Source of the DNA: a virus
Taxonomy: Duplodnaviria > Caudoviricetes
Length of the DNA stretch: 64,000 nucleotides
Strand: one strand, 5' to 3'
Virus record (IMG/VR): IMGVR_UViG_3300031524_000008
Location: 614 to 64,613 of that record
Both the position numbers and the translations under genes were made by a program. How positions within the stretch are numbered: position 1 is the first letter of the stretch; each line of letters opens with the position of its first letter. Shown piece after piece: positions 44,785 through 53,874 of this stretch. The notes beneath the pieces are model-generated. The model searched no databases. It was given only the letters and a program-made list of their open reading frames with translations, and was not told where the DNA came from.

Positions 44785-45429
44785 TTATTTTTTATGGAAT
44801 GCCAATATTCTATCTAACCACTCATTCCATTGTTCTATAGATAGGTTGCTTTTAGCTTTATTGCATAATCCACACGCTGGTACACAATTTTCGCGGATGT
44901 ATCCAACCTCGTTATTTATTCTATCTATTCCATTATAGATATATGGACCGTTCGCATCACAAGAATTCATACTTTGGTAGGGTTTAACTCCACAATAACA
45001 GCATCGGGAACTTGTAATAGTTCTAACGTCTTCATCTATGAGAGTAAACAATAGATTTCTCCTTTTTGCGGCGGCTTTATATTGTCTGACTAATCTTGCG
45101 AAAGAAGCTTCTCCAAATGGCTTTCGCAAACTCGCACCAAAATCAAAATGGTCCGGGTACATTTTATTGAATGTTCCGCATCCAGAAATTTCGGGGTGCT
45201 TTCTTTTATTCCTGTTTATTGTTTCTTTGTTTAATTCGTAGTATTTTAAGTTTTTTGCATCGCGGGCTTCTTTGTGTGATATATAGTATTCATTCACCCG
45301 CTGTTTATTACAAGCTTTACAAACCGAACACAACCCGTCTTTCTTCTGTTTGTCTTTATGAAACCTTTTTATAGACTGTTTTTTATCACACTTACTACAT
45401 TTTTTTGATTGCTGATTTCGGGATTTCAT
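44785..45429 (-). CDS. HNH-like homing endonuclease
   Basis: CSKC..CKAC; NGIDRINNEVGY..NCVPACGLCN.AK. Confidence 0.82.
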   Translation of the reverse strand: MKSRNQQSKKCSKCDKKQSIKRFHKDKQKKDGLCSVCKACNKQRVNEYYISHKEARDAKNLKYYELNKETINRNKRKHPEISGCGTFNKMYPDHFDFGASLRKPFGEASFARLVRQYKAAAKRRNLLFTLIDEDVRTITSSRCCYCGVKPYQSMNSCDANGPYIYNGIDRINNEVGYIRENCVPACGLCNKAKSNLSIEQWNEWLDRILAFHKK

Positions 45430-46072
45430 CGTGTTCTATAGTTTTTTTGAAGGAAAGGTTTCCTGCTGTATGATACACAATTATACCTTCTGCGGGGAAA
45501 TTATTTTCTACCACGCCACCATTATGAATTGCCACGCTACCAAAACAAACGAGTGCGTCTAAAACTCTTTTGATTTGTACCGTATCGAACATGCCTTCGT
45601 AAAGGATGGGGACAACCCTACAGCACGCAGGCGCATATTCTTGCTTTTCCTTTAGAGGAGAGACTACGCCGTTGACGACAAATAGTGGACTTTCCGCTCC
45701 ACCGAGCATGACGGGAGACCAATCAAAATAAGCGTGCGGGCGCGTATCTACCCAACGACCCACGTTGAATAGCGAGAAATGCTTTTCCTTTTGACCGTAT
45801 CCACGTTGAATACCTGCGCCCCACCACTCACCATAATGACGACCGACTCCTAGGGCCATAAGTTCATCCTTATTAGCGTAGGCCCAGCGAGCAAAGCCAT
45901 AGTTGTCTTGCTCGGGCGTAATCCAACGAGTACGACTACCAACCAAAAACTCTCCTTCGTCTGTGATTACAATAGACGCGTTCGTACCGTCGATTTTTTC
46001 AGTCAACGACATTTTCCTCGACAGACGAGGCATCTTTGGGAATTCGACGAATTCATTATTTGCAATATTCAT
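45395..46072 (-). CDS. RNA ligase (Rnl2-like adenylyltransferase domain)
   Basis: FPKMPR, TEKIDGTNA, SRTR, GEWWG, VPILY, EGIIV. Confidence 0.8.
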   Translation of the reverse strand: MNIANNEFVEFPKMPRLSRKMSLTEKIDGTNASIVITDEGEFLVGSRTRWITPEQDNYGFARWAYANKDELMALGVGRHYGEWWGAGIQRGYGQKEKHFSLFNVGRWVDTRPHAYFDWSPVMLGGAESPLFVVNGVVSPLKEKQEYAPACCRVVPILYEGMFDTVQIKRVLDALVCFGSVAIHNGGVVENNFPAEGIIVYHTAGNLSFKKTIEHDEIPKSAIKKM

Positions 46073-46095
46073 GGTTCCCATTCTAGGCGGATTTT

Positions 46096-47241
46096 CTATT
46101 CCGTCAAGAACTTCCTCTCGCCCTTTAATCGAAGCCTCGACTTCTTCGTATCCAGTTCCTCCCAAAAGAGTTGCGCGTCCGTAGCAGAACTCATGCCACC
46201 CACGTACTCAAATGAATAGCAGAAGCGGTTTGACACAAGCCATTTTTTGTCACGAGTATCCAGCTTTCTAACTTTTCGGCTATGAGAGGTTTCTACCCAT
46301 TTCTCACTTTTGAGACGATACGCTATCATCGCAGGATGAATAGTCTTTGAGTAATACGTTCCTCCTCCAGCCCTAACCATGGAGCCAATATAATCAGAAA
46401 CTTTCACTCCAATCCCTAATCCTTGAAAGTCTGGCAATACAACAGTACGAGATTCGCGCCAGCAATCCTTTTTATAAGCATTAGGATGAGCGAGGGCGGC
46501 AGAGAAAGCTACGGGATTATCATTCCACGTAACTAAAAAACATCGCGCCCCTTTATTTATGTCAGCACTTAGATAGTGATAGTGTTTAAAAAGTTCCCAC
46601 GCTTCATATTTGCTTCGGAATACTTTAAGTGAAATTTCAGGTCGTCGAAGACTCCCACGCGGTAAAACGTGAGTCAGTCCCTCTGTAGGATTGTAAACCC
46701 AATCCGGTTGTAAAAATTCAATAATATCAGCGTGACAAGAAGCGACGACAACTTTCTTGTTAGTATTACGCACGTACTTTTGTAAAGCGTTCGAAGCGGA
46801 CTTAGCAACATTCCTATCTACTACCGAGGTAAATTCATCAATTAAAATAATCTCGCTCTCCTCTGACATCGCTCTAGCTACATTACATCGAAACTGCTCC
46901 CCATTACTTAATGCCTTGAAAGGACGAAGCCAAGCGGGTACATTCCCAAATCCTACAGCACAAAATAACTCTGTTGCCTTTTCTGGAGTTATGTAATCGA
47001 AGTTACTTATTACTGCTAATTCATCCCACACATACTCAGGAATTTTACCAAAAGTTTTCAGCAAGGTACTCTTACCGCTACCGCTTGGACCGTATATAAG
47101 TCCTATGTTCCAATTTTCAGGAGGAGTAATGTTATTAGTTATAATTGAAACACTTTCCTCGACATGGGGAACGTCAAACATCTGTTCTGCGACGGCTGTA
47201 TAATCGTCGTGAACAATAGGATATTTTAAAACAATATCCAT
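46096..47241 (-). CDS. ABC-type ATPase fused to a GNAT acetyltransferase
   Basis: GPSGSGKS, LSNGEQFR, IDEF; HYL, RTVVLPDFQGLGIG. Confidence 0.85.
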   Translation of the reverse strand: MDIVLKYPIVHDDYTAVAEQMFDVPHVEESVSIITNNITPPENWNIGLIYGPSGSGKSTLLKTFGKIPEYVWDELAVISNFDYITPEKATELFCAVGFGNVPAWLRPFKALSNGEQFRCNVARAMSEESEIILIDEFTSVVDRNVAKSASNALQKYVRNTNKKVVVASCHADIIEFLQPDWVYNPTEGLTHVLPRGSLRRPEISLKVFRSKYEAWELFKHYHYLSADINKGARCFLVTWNDNPVAFSAALAHPNAYKKDCWRESRTVVLPDFQGLGIGVKVSDYIGSMVRAGGGTYYSKTIHPAMIAYRLKSEKWVETSHSRKVRKLDTRDKKWLVSNRFCYSFEYVGGMSSATDAQLFWEELDTKKSRLRLKGERKFLTE

Positions 47242-47675
47242 TAGGAATACATTCCAAAAAACTCTAGCTCATTATTACACCGAATGCACCCTCTAGCCTC
47301 CCCACGCCTGCCACATAAAGGACCAATTGTATCTTCTCGGCGGTAAGACATTTGCCCCTCAATCCACCCCTCACAATAACGGCAATAGTAGTATCTTTCT
47401 CCGTCAGAAATTATGTTCCTATCAGAAAATTCGTGAGAGGTTCGTGAATCCTTACCAATAGGCTTTTCTTTTAAGAATTTAATACGCGGGTCGATAAATC
47501 GCCCTTCGACTAATCGGGGACCGGGATAAAGTATATCCTGTTCAGCTTCTAACCAAATTTCTTCATCAATACCAGAAGGGCGTCCTTTTTCAAGCCAGAT
47601 TTCTTCTGCTCTCCGACGAATGGCTAATGTCGTTAGAACGTCCACAATCATTTCATTACAAACTTTCATTTTCAT
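47241..47675 (-). CDS. DUF2934-like domain plus zinc ribbon
   Basis: IRRRAEEIW...GRPSG...WLEAE; two CxxC. Confidence 0.65.
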   Translation of the reverse strand: MKMKVCNEMIVDVLTTLAIRRRAEEIWLEKGRPSGIDEEIWLEAEQDILYPGPRLVEGRFIDPRIKFLKEKPIGKDSRTSHEFSDRNIISDGERYYYCRYCEGWIEGQMSYRREDTIGPLCGRRGEARGCIRCNNELEFFGMYS

Positions 47676-48187
47676 TATTTTAAAGGTTTAAAAGGGTCTT
47701 CTAACAGTAAATCTACAAACTCTTTAATCTTTTTGCAAGTTTTACCGTTCGGAGGTATTTTGTATTTATCTAAAGCGTGGTCTTTAATCCACTCTCGTAA
47801 ATTGCTTCCAAATTCAATGGAACGCGCACGCCAATCACAAACCATTTCCGCCAGAAACAATTCGGGTACATTCTCTATACCATGCCAATACTCCGGGTGG
47901 TGAGCGTTTACTTGCTGGTGATGGGCGATAGCGAACTTTAGAAGTTCAGAGTCTTTATCTTGAGTTAGCCCCAAGAATTCAACTCCACGGAGCTTCGAGT
48001 TATCATGCTCGCGCCCGTTACGTATCAAGTCAACCCCCAATTCAATCTCTCCTTCCTTAATTAACCTTCGGCCTAATAGCTCGCATCCCTCCCTTACGTT
48101 ATCTTGATGACGCAACACTGTTTCTACCCTTTCCAGAACTTCTTCTGGAGAGAGCGACGTTAATTCGAGTATGGCTGATTTAGGCAT
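47675..48187 (-). CDS. HD-like (DUF5662) protein
   Basis: HDNSK, HH..NAHHPEY, EMVCDW. Confidence 0.78.
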   Translation of the reverse strand: MPKSAILELTSLSPEEVLERVETVLRHQDNVREGCELLGRRLIKEGEIELGVDLIRNGREHDNSKLRGVEFLGLTQDKDSELLKFAIAHHQQVNAHHPEYWHGIENVPELFLAEMVCDWRARSIEFGSNLREWIKDHALDKYKIPPNGKTCKKIKEFVDLLLEDPFKPLK

Positions 48188-48265
48188 TTGATTTTGGAAG
48201 TGTATGTAATACCTGCGGTACTTTCATACGCATTATACGACCGGGTTGTGTGCGGCAGTCGTCAA

Positions 48266-49468
48266 TCATTTTTTTAGAACTTGGTAATATAGTTTTTTAA
48301 CAGCATCACGACTCAACTGCTTTCCATCCAAAATAGAGAAGACATAAGAAGCGCGGTTAGTTTGTCCATATGCTTCAAATATCTTCTTAGCTTGTGCGGC
48401 ACGTCCTTTTTGGAAACCGTACTGTATAGCGAGATGTTTGATGCTTTCAGCAAATGCTTGCATACCCGCGATGATACGCTCAACTTCTTTGGTAGCGTCA
48501 GCCACCTTAGAAGCGTCATTACGCGACTGCTCGGCAATTTCGTAGTCGATATTTTCGAGAACGTAATCGTAGAATTCTGAGAAAGACTTACAATCAAGGG
48601 TTATCCACAAATCAAGAACCTTGTCGAAAGACGACAATTCAGACTTTAACTTGTGAAGTGCAAGATACCATGCGGACTTGACCTTACGAATATGCTGTCC
48701 ACGACCGAAGTACACGCAGAATCCTTCGAATCCACGAGCTAACTCTGGAACAGCTTGTGCGCCAGTAGTAGATTGATACTCTTGTGGAGCGTTGAATTCG
48801 CGAGTCTTCGCGTAGTCTAGCGCTTGGATTGCAGCAAACATTTCATCAAAAGTATTGAACTTGAAACGACGTGGACGCTTAACTCCAAGGTTAACCGCAC
48901 GAGAGTCTAGCTCGTCTTGAGAACGTAAACTATAATCGTTGTGGTCGATAACCGCAGTCAAATATAACTCGGGTTCGTCACCATAGCTGATGACAATTTT
49001 GTTAGTAGGAGAAACCCATTCGAAAACCAAAGATTCTCGTGAAGTTTCTATTTCGCCGGGAAGAGAAGTAAAAACGCGAGGATACTTTTGCTTCAAGATT
49101 TCGATTTCGAAACCGTTTTCAAGCTTGGATGCGTCCACAGTTCCACGAGTACGTATGATATACTCACCCTTATATTTGGAAACGATAAGGGTTGAACCAT
49201 CGACTTTTTCCATAAGTTCGACGCCCTTCATGGATGACGGGGTTGGAACAATATCGCTCCTCTCATCAAAGTTAAAAAATTTCTTAAACGACAATGATAT
49301 AGGCGACCAATCTGAGAGACGCCATATTGAAGACCTATATATTAGGGTTTCTTTTGTCCATTTAGCTCCTATATTTTTAGGATGAATTAGAACACATGCG
49401 TCACCCGCGAACACACAGGGCTTAAAATCAAATTCCTCAGTATTAATTTTGGATATATCGGCTGTCAT
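48266..49468 (-). CDS. RNA ligase (T4 Rnl1-like)
   Basis: KFFN, EKVDGS, TRG, FEWVSP.NKIV..Y, EGF, KVKS.WY. Confidence 0.85.
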   Translation of the reverse strand: MTADISKINTEEFDFKPCVFAGDACVLIHPKNIGAKWTKETLIYRSSIWRLSDWSPISLSFKKFFNFDERSDIVPTPSSMKGVELMEKVDGSTLIVSKYKGEYIIRTRGTVDASKLENGFEIEILKQKYPRVFTSLPGEIETSRESLVFEWVSPTNKIVISYGDEPELYLTAVIDHNDYSLRSQDELDSRAVNLGVKRPRRFKFNTFDEMFAAIQALDYAKTREFNAPQEYQSTTGAQAVPELARGFEGFCVYFGRGQHIRKVKSAWYLALHKLKSELSSFDKVLDLWITLDCKSFSEFYDYVLENIDYEIAEQSRNDASKVADATKEVERIIAGMQAFAESIKHLAIQYGFQKGRAAQAKKIFEAYGQTNRASYVFSILDGKQLSRDAVKKLYYQVLKK

Positions 49469-50030
49469 GGATAATAAACCTTGCTCGGTTTCCGTTTGGT
49501 AATTTATCGCTTTTTGAAATGTTTACTGATTTTGGTAATGGTTGCAGGTTAGAATAATGGTAGCATTTTTTGATTTGTTCGTCGTCAGAAAAATTAAATG
49601 CTTTACAAGGAATTATGTGGTCAACCTGCCAATAGGTTCCATAGTTTTCCCAATTCATTTCTTTTGTAAATTGTTTTTCTAAATAAATTTTAATCTCATC
49701 TAAGGTACATCCTAGATAATCTTTGGTTTTTGATTTTTTTATTTGACCTTTTAAACATCTTCGCAGTAATGAACGAAAACTCATAATTAAACGGTTTTGG
49801 GGAGTTCTCGTTCTATGATAGTAATTATTACAATATCCGCTATCGACTTGTTTTTTGTTATATTCTGCTTCTTTTACTTGGCAATGAGTTATATTTCGTG
49901 CTCTTCGTGCTCTTCGTATTGAGTTAACACATTTTCGACATTGGCCCATTTTGCCATCGACGTTGCGCTTCTCATTTTTGAATTCTTTTAAGTTTTTAGC
50001 TTGTCCACAAGAACTACATTTTTTTGTCAT
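49443..50030 (-). CDS. HNH homing endonuclease
   Basis: LGC, MNWENYG, VDHIIP, HYSNLQPL; GTGTAA-N8-ATG. Confidence 0.85.
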   Translation of the reverse strand: MTKKCSSCGQAKNLKEFKNEKRNVDGKMGQCRKCVNSIRRARRARNITHCQVKEAEYNKKQVDSGYCNNYYHRTRTPQNRLIMSFRSLLRRCLKGQIKKSKTKDYLGCTLDEIKIYLEKQFTKEMNWENYGTYWQVDHIIPCKAFNFSDDEQIKKCYHYSNLQPLPKSVNISKSDKLPNGNRARFIIHDSRYIQN

Positions 50031-50166
50031 ACTAAAATTTACACCGTCTGTTTACAATTGGGACGAATAAAGATGATTAATATATTTAAAGTCGAACTCT
50101 TCGGCAGACGGTATTTGTACCTTAATCATGTATCGACGTTAATGCTTTTTAACGTTTTGTCAATAA

Positions 50167-50457
50167 TTATTCGCAGGCGCATCCAGAAGTCTCGATGACG
50201 GTCTCACCGTGATTCAAAATTTGCAAAATCGAACGAATACTTGAAAGCGAGACAATATTATACACAAAAATCGCAAGCATTCCCTGCCAATACTCAAGCG
50301 GCGAGATTCGATAGTGTGATATTTGTGGTACGATTTGGTTCCATGAAAACGTCAAAAGAACTCCAATAAACGCTGAAATTACTATCGTAGCCAGCACGAT
50401 TCTGAAAATTATGGAAAGTGAAGAAGGCTCCGTGGGGTATTCTGATTCTTGTGTCAT
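50167..50457 (-). CDS. 2-TM membrane protein
   Basis: hydrophobic helices. Confidence 0.6.
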   Translation of the reverse strand: MTQESEYPTEPSSLSIIFRIVLATIVISAFIGVLLTFSWNQIVPQISHYRISPLEYWQGMLAIFVYNIVSLSSIRSILQILNHGETVIETSGCACE

Positions 50458-50499
50458 ATTTTGGTACTTTACACTGATATTGTAAGGGTGTCAATGCTT

Positions 50500-50790
50500 A
50501 AAATTTGTCTTGCTTTAGAGAACCAAAGTATGATATTAAACGTAGTATTTAATGAATTTTAGTTCATTGTCTTTACCTCGCTACGCTCGGTAAGTATATA
50601 ACGTTTATCTACGCTTCGCTCCGATAACCGTTATATACTTTAAATTCTTTTATTCTTTTGCGAAGCTATATAATAACATCGTACGTTATATAACGTTCTA
50701 TGGTATAGAGAGTATTACGTATTTTTAGCCTTGTCAAGCTAAATTTTAAAAAACAATGTGTTAAAAAACTCGTTGACATAGGTATAAGAA
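50500..50790. other. divergent strand-switch region with palindromes (candidate origin)
   Basis: AAGTATATAACG/CGTTATATACTT inverted repeat, CGCT(A/T)CGCTC loops, divergent TTGAC promoters. Confidence 0.45.
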
Positions 50791-51138
50791 ATGCTAGAAT
50801 GCTGGAATATGAATACATCAAATACCTCAACTCGTCGTCCCGGTCGTCCTGTAAAGCCTGTGACTTGGCCCTCTGGGACTTTCACCATCAATACCCTCAA
50901 GGAAAAGCAGGGTGTGCAGCTTTCACGCGTCAGTCTCCAATTGAAAATTAAGAAGGCTATCGACGAAAAACAACTCGAAGTCGTAGGGACTGAAAAGGGC
51001 GACACAAAGATGGGACGCCCCTCAGTGGTCTATCAGGTCGTTAATATCAAGCCTTCCACGCTGGTACAAGCCGTTGCGGACATTGCTAACAACAATGTTG
51101 ACATTGTTGACGACACCGATGATACAGACGGATTCTAA
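50791..51138 (+). CDS. putative winged-helix DNA-binding protein
   Basis: GRP motifs, wHTH-like pattern, acidic tail; TTGACA-N17-TAGAAT upstream. Confidence 0.6.
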   Translation: MLECWNMNTSNTSTRRPGRPVKPVTWPSGTFTINTLKEKQGVQLSRVSLQLKIKKAIDEKQLEVVGTEKGDTKMGRPSVVYQVVNIKPSTLVQAVADIANNNVDIVDDTDDTDGF

Positions 51139-51674
51139 TGGGAATTCTCAATAAATGTAAAGTCTATACTGTCGGTGGTATGCAATATACCGATGGTAGA
51201 GACTGGAGAAACAAAGTCAAGGCCGAATTATGCCCTAGAGGTATAACGGTCTTTGACCCATATCATAAACCATTTTTAAATGAAGTTAAAGAGGATGAAG
51301 AAGCTCGTGCCGCCTTAAAGGAATGGATGGATAATGAGGAGTACGATAGAGTGGCAGATAGAATGAAAGCAGTTCGTAACGACGATTTACGTATTTGCGA
51401 CCTTAGTGATTTTATCATTATGTACATTGACCCGCGATTAGCATCATGGGGAAGTGCAGAGGAATTTTTTACCGTTAATCGTATGAAAAAGCCTATTTTT
51501 CTAGCTATAGAAGGAGGTAAGACTAAATGCCCGCTTTGGATTATGGGTACTATTCCCCATAAATACATCTACTCAAGCGTAGAAGAAATTATAGAATGTG
51601 TGAAAAGAATAGACGATGGCACGCAAGTCATGGACAATTATCGGTGGAGGCTATTAAAGCTTCAATACCGATAA
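51138..51674 (+). CDS. nucleoside 2-deoxyribosyltransferase-like protein
   Basis: VYTVGGM, WR, FDP, DL..SD, GSAEE. Confidence 0.75.
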   Translation: MGILNKCKVYTVGGMQYTDGRDWRNKVKAELCPRGITVFDPYHKPFLNEVKEDEEARAALKEWMDNEEYDRVADRMKAVRNDDLRICDLSDFIIMYIDPRLASWGSAEEFFTVNRMKKPIFLAIEGGKTKCPLWIMGTIPHKYIYSSVEEIIECVKRIDDGTQVMDNYRWRLLKLQYR

Positions 51675-51676
51675 TT

Positions 51677-51913
51677 ATGCAAAACATCAAACTAACAATA
51701 AACTACAACGCCGATTCTAATGTGGAAATCCAGCAGTGGCCGCTGGTTAAATGTAATACTGAGGAGAGCGATAGGGTAAGCGTCGAGCTTAATGGTATTA
51801 GCTACAGCCTCGTACTAGATAAAGAAAATCCTAGAGTAGAGGTTTGGGATATAGATAATAATGGTGAAATAGAGAAAATTAAGGCTCATTTTAAGCTCCC
51901 CGCTAAGTCTTAA
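51677..51913 (+). CDS. hypothetical protein
   Basis: ATG follows the upstream stop. Confidence 0.55.
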   Translation: MQNIKLTINYNADSNVEIQQWPLVKCNTEESDRVSVELNGISYSLVLDKENPRVEVWDIDNNGEIEKIKAHFKLPAKS

Positions 51914-51956
51914 ATTTTTACTTGATTTAGATACCAATACTAACTACAGTTAGTAG

Positions 51957-52643
51957 ATGTCACCTTTAAACAAAACTTTAGTAGCAATATCAGGCGTGGC
52001 TCGCGCGGGTAAAGACGCTTTTTGTAATATCTTATGCAATGAGTTAAACGCTCAGGGGATTCCTTCGAAGAGGTATGCTTTAGCTGATGAATTAAAGCGC
52101 AAAATCCGACAGCCTCTTTTAGAGTTATCAGGTGTTGATATTTTAAACTGCACACCTAAAGATAAAGAACTCGTTAGAGATTACTTAGTAGCTGTAGGAA
52201 AGATTAAAAGGTATCAAACCGAAGGGACTTACTGGACATCCCTACTAGAGCAGGATATTAAGAGCGACAGACATATCGTTGTGCCTGTCGTAACCGATAT
52301 AAGGTACGATGTTTTTCCAAATGATGAAATTTGGTGGGCTCAAACTAAGATGAACGGCGTTTTAGTTCATTTAAGTCGTTACGAAATTTTGTCAGAAGAT
52401 GATATGTGGGACTGGGACCATCATCACAATACGGGCATAAACCAAGACCCCGTAACAAAAGAATGGCGTAACTGGATTCAAGCGCCTAACGAAGACGAGA
52501 AAAACAATAATCCTAAATTAAAAAATAAAGCCGATTACGTCCTAGAATGGAGCACAACTAAAAATCCTGAGCGTTTGCATGAGCATTGCCTGCCGTATGT
52601 ATTAAAGTTCATTTCCTATTTGAAAGAAAATAGACTAACATAA
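51957..52643 (+). CDS. deoxynucleoside monophosphate kinase-like
   Basis: ISGVARAGKD, ALADELK, TDIRY..NE. Confidence 0.75.
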   Translation: MSPLNKTLVAISGVARAGKDAFCNILCNELNAQGIPSKRYALADELKRKIRQPLLELSGVDILNCTPKDKELVRDYLVAVGKIKRYQTEGTYWTSLLEQDIKSDRHIVVPVVTDIRYDVFPNDEIWWAQTKMNGVLVHLSRYEILSEDDMWDWDHHHNTGINQDPVTKEWRNWIQAPNEDEKNNNPKLKNKADYVLEWSTTKNPERLHEHCLPYVLKFISYLKENRLT

Positions 52644-53245
52644 TGGAAGACCTACCCGATGATGTACTAATTCGGAATGTGCAGGAAAATAATTGTTCTG
52701 CGAGTTTAGAGATTTTAGTTAAGCGCCATGCTGGTATGTTTAACGTGATGGCTAAGAGGTACGGTAACATGAATATTGGAAGTTCCGGTATCTCGGTCGA
52801 AGATTTTAAAGATAACCAACACTTTATCGTTTATAAGGCTGCTAAGAATTTTGACCCGACAAGACAAACAAAATTTGTTACTTGGCTAGGAAATCAAGTT
52901 CGTTACTATTGTTTGAATACAATAAATAAAGAATCTAAGTATTATGGCAGCGAACCCGAAAAAATAGAATACTTAATGGACGCCGCCTCACAAGATGGGC
53001 TCGATAATGAAAAAATTTTATCTGAGGCTCAGTACGTATTGGATATTCTTGAACAAATCAAGGACAAGCGTATTAAGAAAATATTTCAGCTTAGATACTT
53101 CTCCGAGGATAAAAAGAAAAGAAGTTACAATTTTATAGCGAAAAAGCTTGGAATGTCCACTCAAGGTATTATAGACTTGCATGATAACTTCATTAAGTTC
53201 ATGCGCCGAAAGATAGAATCAACGGCTAACATGGACGAAATTTAA
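52643..53245 (+). CDS. phage sigma70-family RNA polymerase sigma factor
   Basis: KAAKNFDPTRQTKFVTW (region 2); LRYF...IAKKLGMS (region 4 HTH). Confidence 0.85.
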   Translation: MEDLPDDVLIRNVQENNCSASLEILVKRHAGMFNVMAKRYGNMNIGSSGISVEDFKDNQHFIVYKAAKNFDPTRQTKFVTWLGNQVRYYCLNTINKESKYYGSEPEKIEYLMDAASQDGLDNEKILSEAQYVLDILEQIKDKRIKKIFQLRYFSEDKKKRSYNFIAKKLGMSTQGIIDLHDNFIKFMRRKIESTANMDEI

Positions 53246-53289
53246 TTGACAAAACAGAATACAACCCAAACAATCAACACACACTAAAT

Positions 53290-53628
53290 ATGGCTGAAAA
53301 AACATACGTAAAGGGCATCGTCCTAAAAAACAAAGACACTTCATTCGGTAGCGTTTTGAAGGTATCACTCAAACTTGATGATTTCGGAGCATTCGTCAAG
53401 GCTAACAAGAAAGCTAATGGATGGATTAACTTCGACATTCTTCCCCGTAAGGAAACCTCAGAAAAGGGAGAAACGCATTATGCGGTGCTCGATACTTGGG
53501 AGCCTACTAACGGTGGGGTAGACAGTAAGCCCGCTTCCAAACCTCAAAGCAAACCTCAAAGCAAGCCTGTTGCAAAGAAGAAGCTGGAAGCAGACGAATT
53601 TCCTTCCGAAGACGACATTCCTTTTTAA
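53290..53628 (+). CDS. putative single-stranded DNA-binding protein
   Basis: C-terminal EDDIPF tail after a low-complexity linker. Confidence 0.6.
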   Translation: MAEKTYVKGIVLKNKDTSFGSVLKVSLKLDDFGAFVKANKKANGWINFDILPRKETSEKGETHYAVLDTWEPTNGGVDSKPASKPQSKPQSKPVAKKKLEADEFPSEDDIPF

Positions 53629-53631
53629 AAA

Positions 53632-53874
53632 ATGGAAACCTTAATACCATCAACTATTATTGGCGACGGAGGCCATCCTGAAAACCGTGTTAAGAGTTAT
53701 TTTTCTACGAAGTTCGTAGACACGGAAAAGCTATCACCTGATACAAGTAAGATGGTAAAACAATTTCTAGCAAAAAGAAATGGCGCTGTGAATGCCCCGC
53801 GTTACATTAGTCGTAATACCTCGTGCCCCTGTGGAAGCGGCAAACGTTTCAAGCGATGCTGTCAATTTAAATAA
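53632..53874 (+). CDS. SEC-C motif protein
   Basis: RNTSCPCGSGKRFKRCC. Confidence 0.8.
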   Translation: METLIPSTIIGDGGHPENRVKSYFSTKFVDTEKLSPDTSKMVKQFLAKRNGAVNAPRYISRNTSCPCGSGKRFKRCCQFK

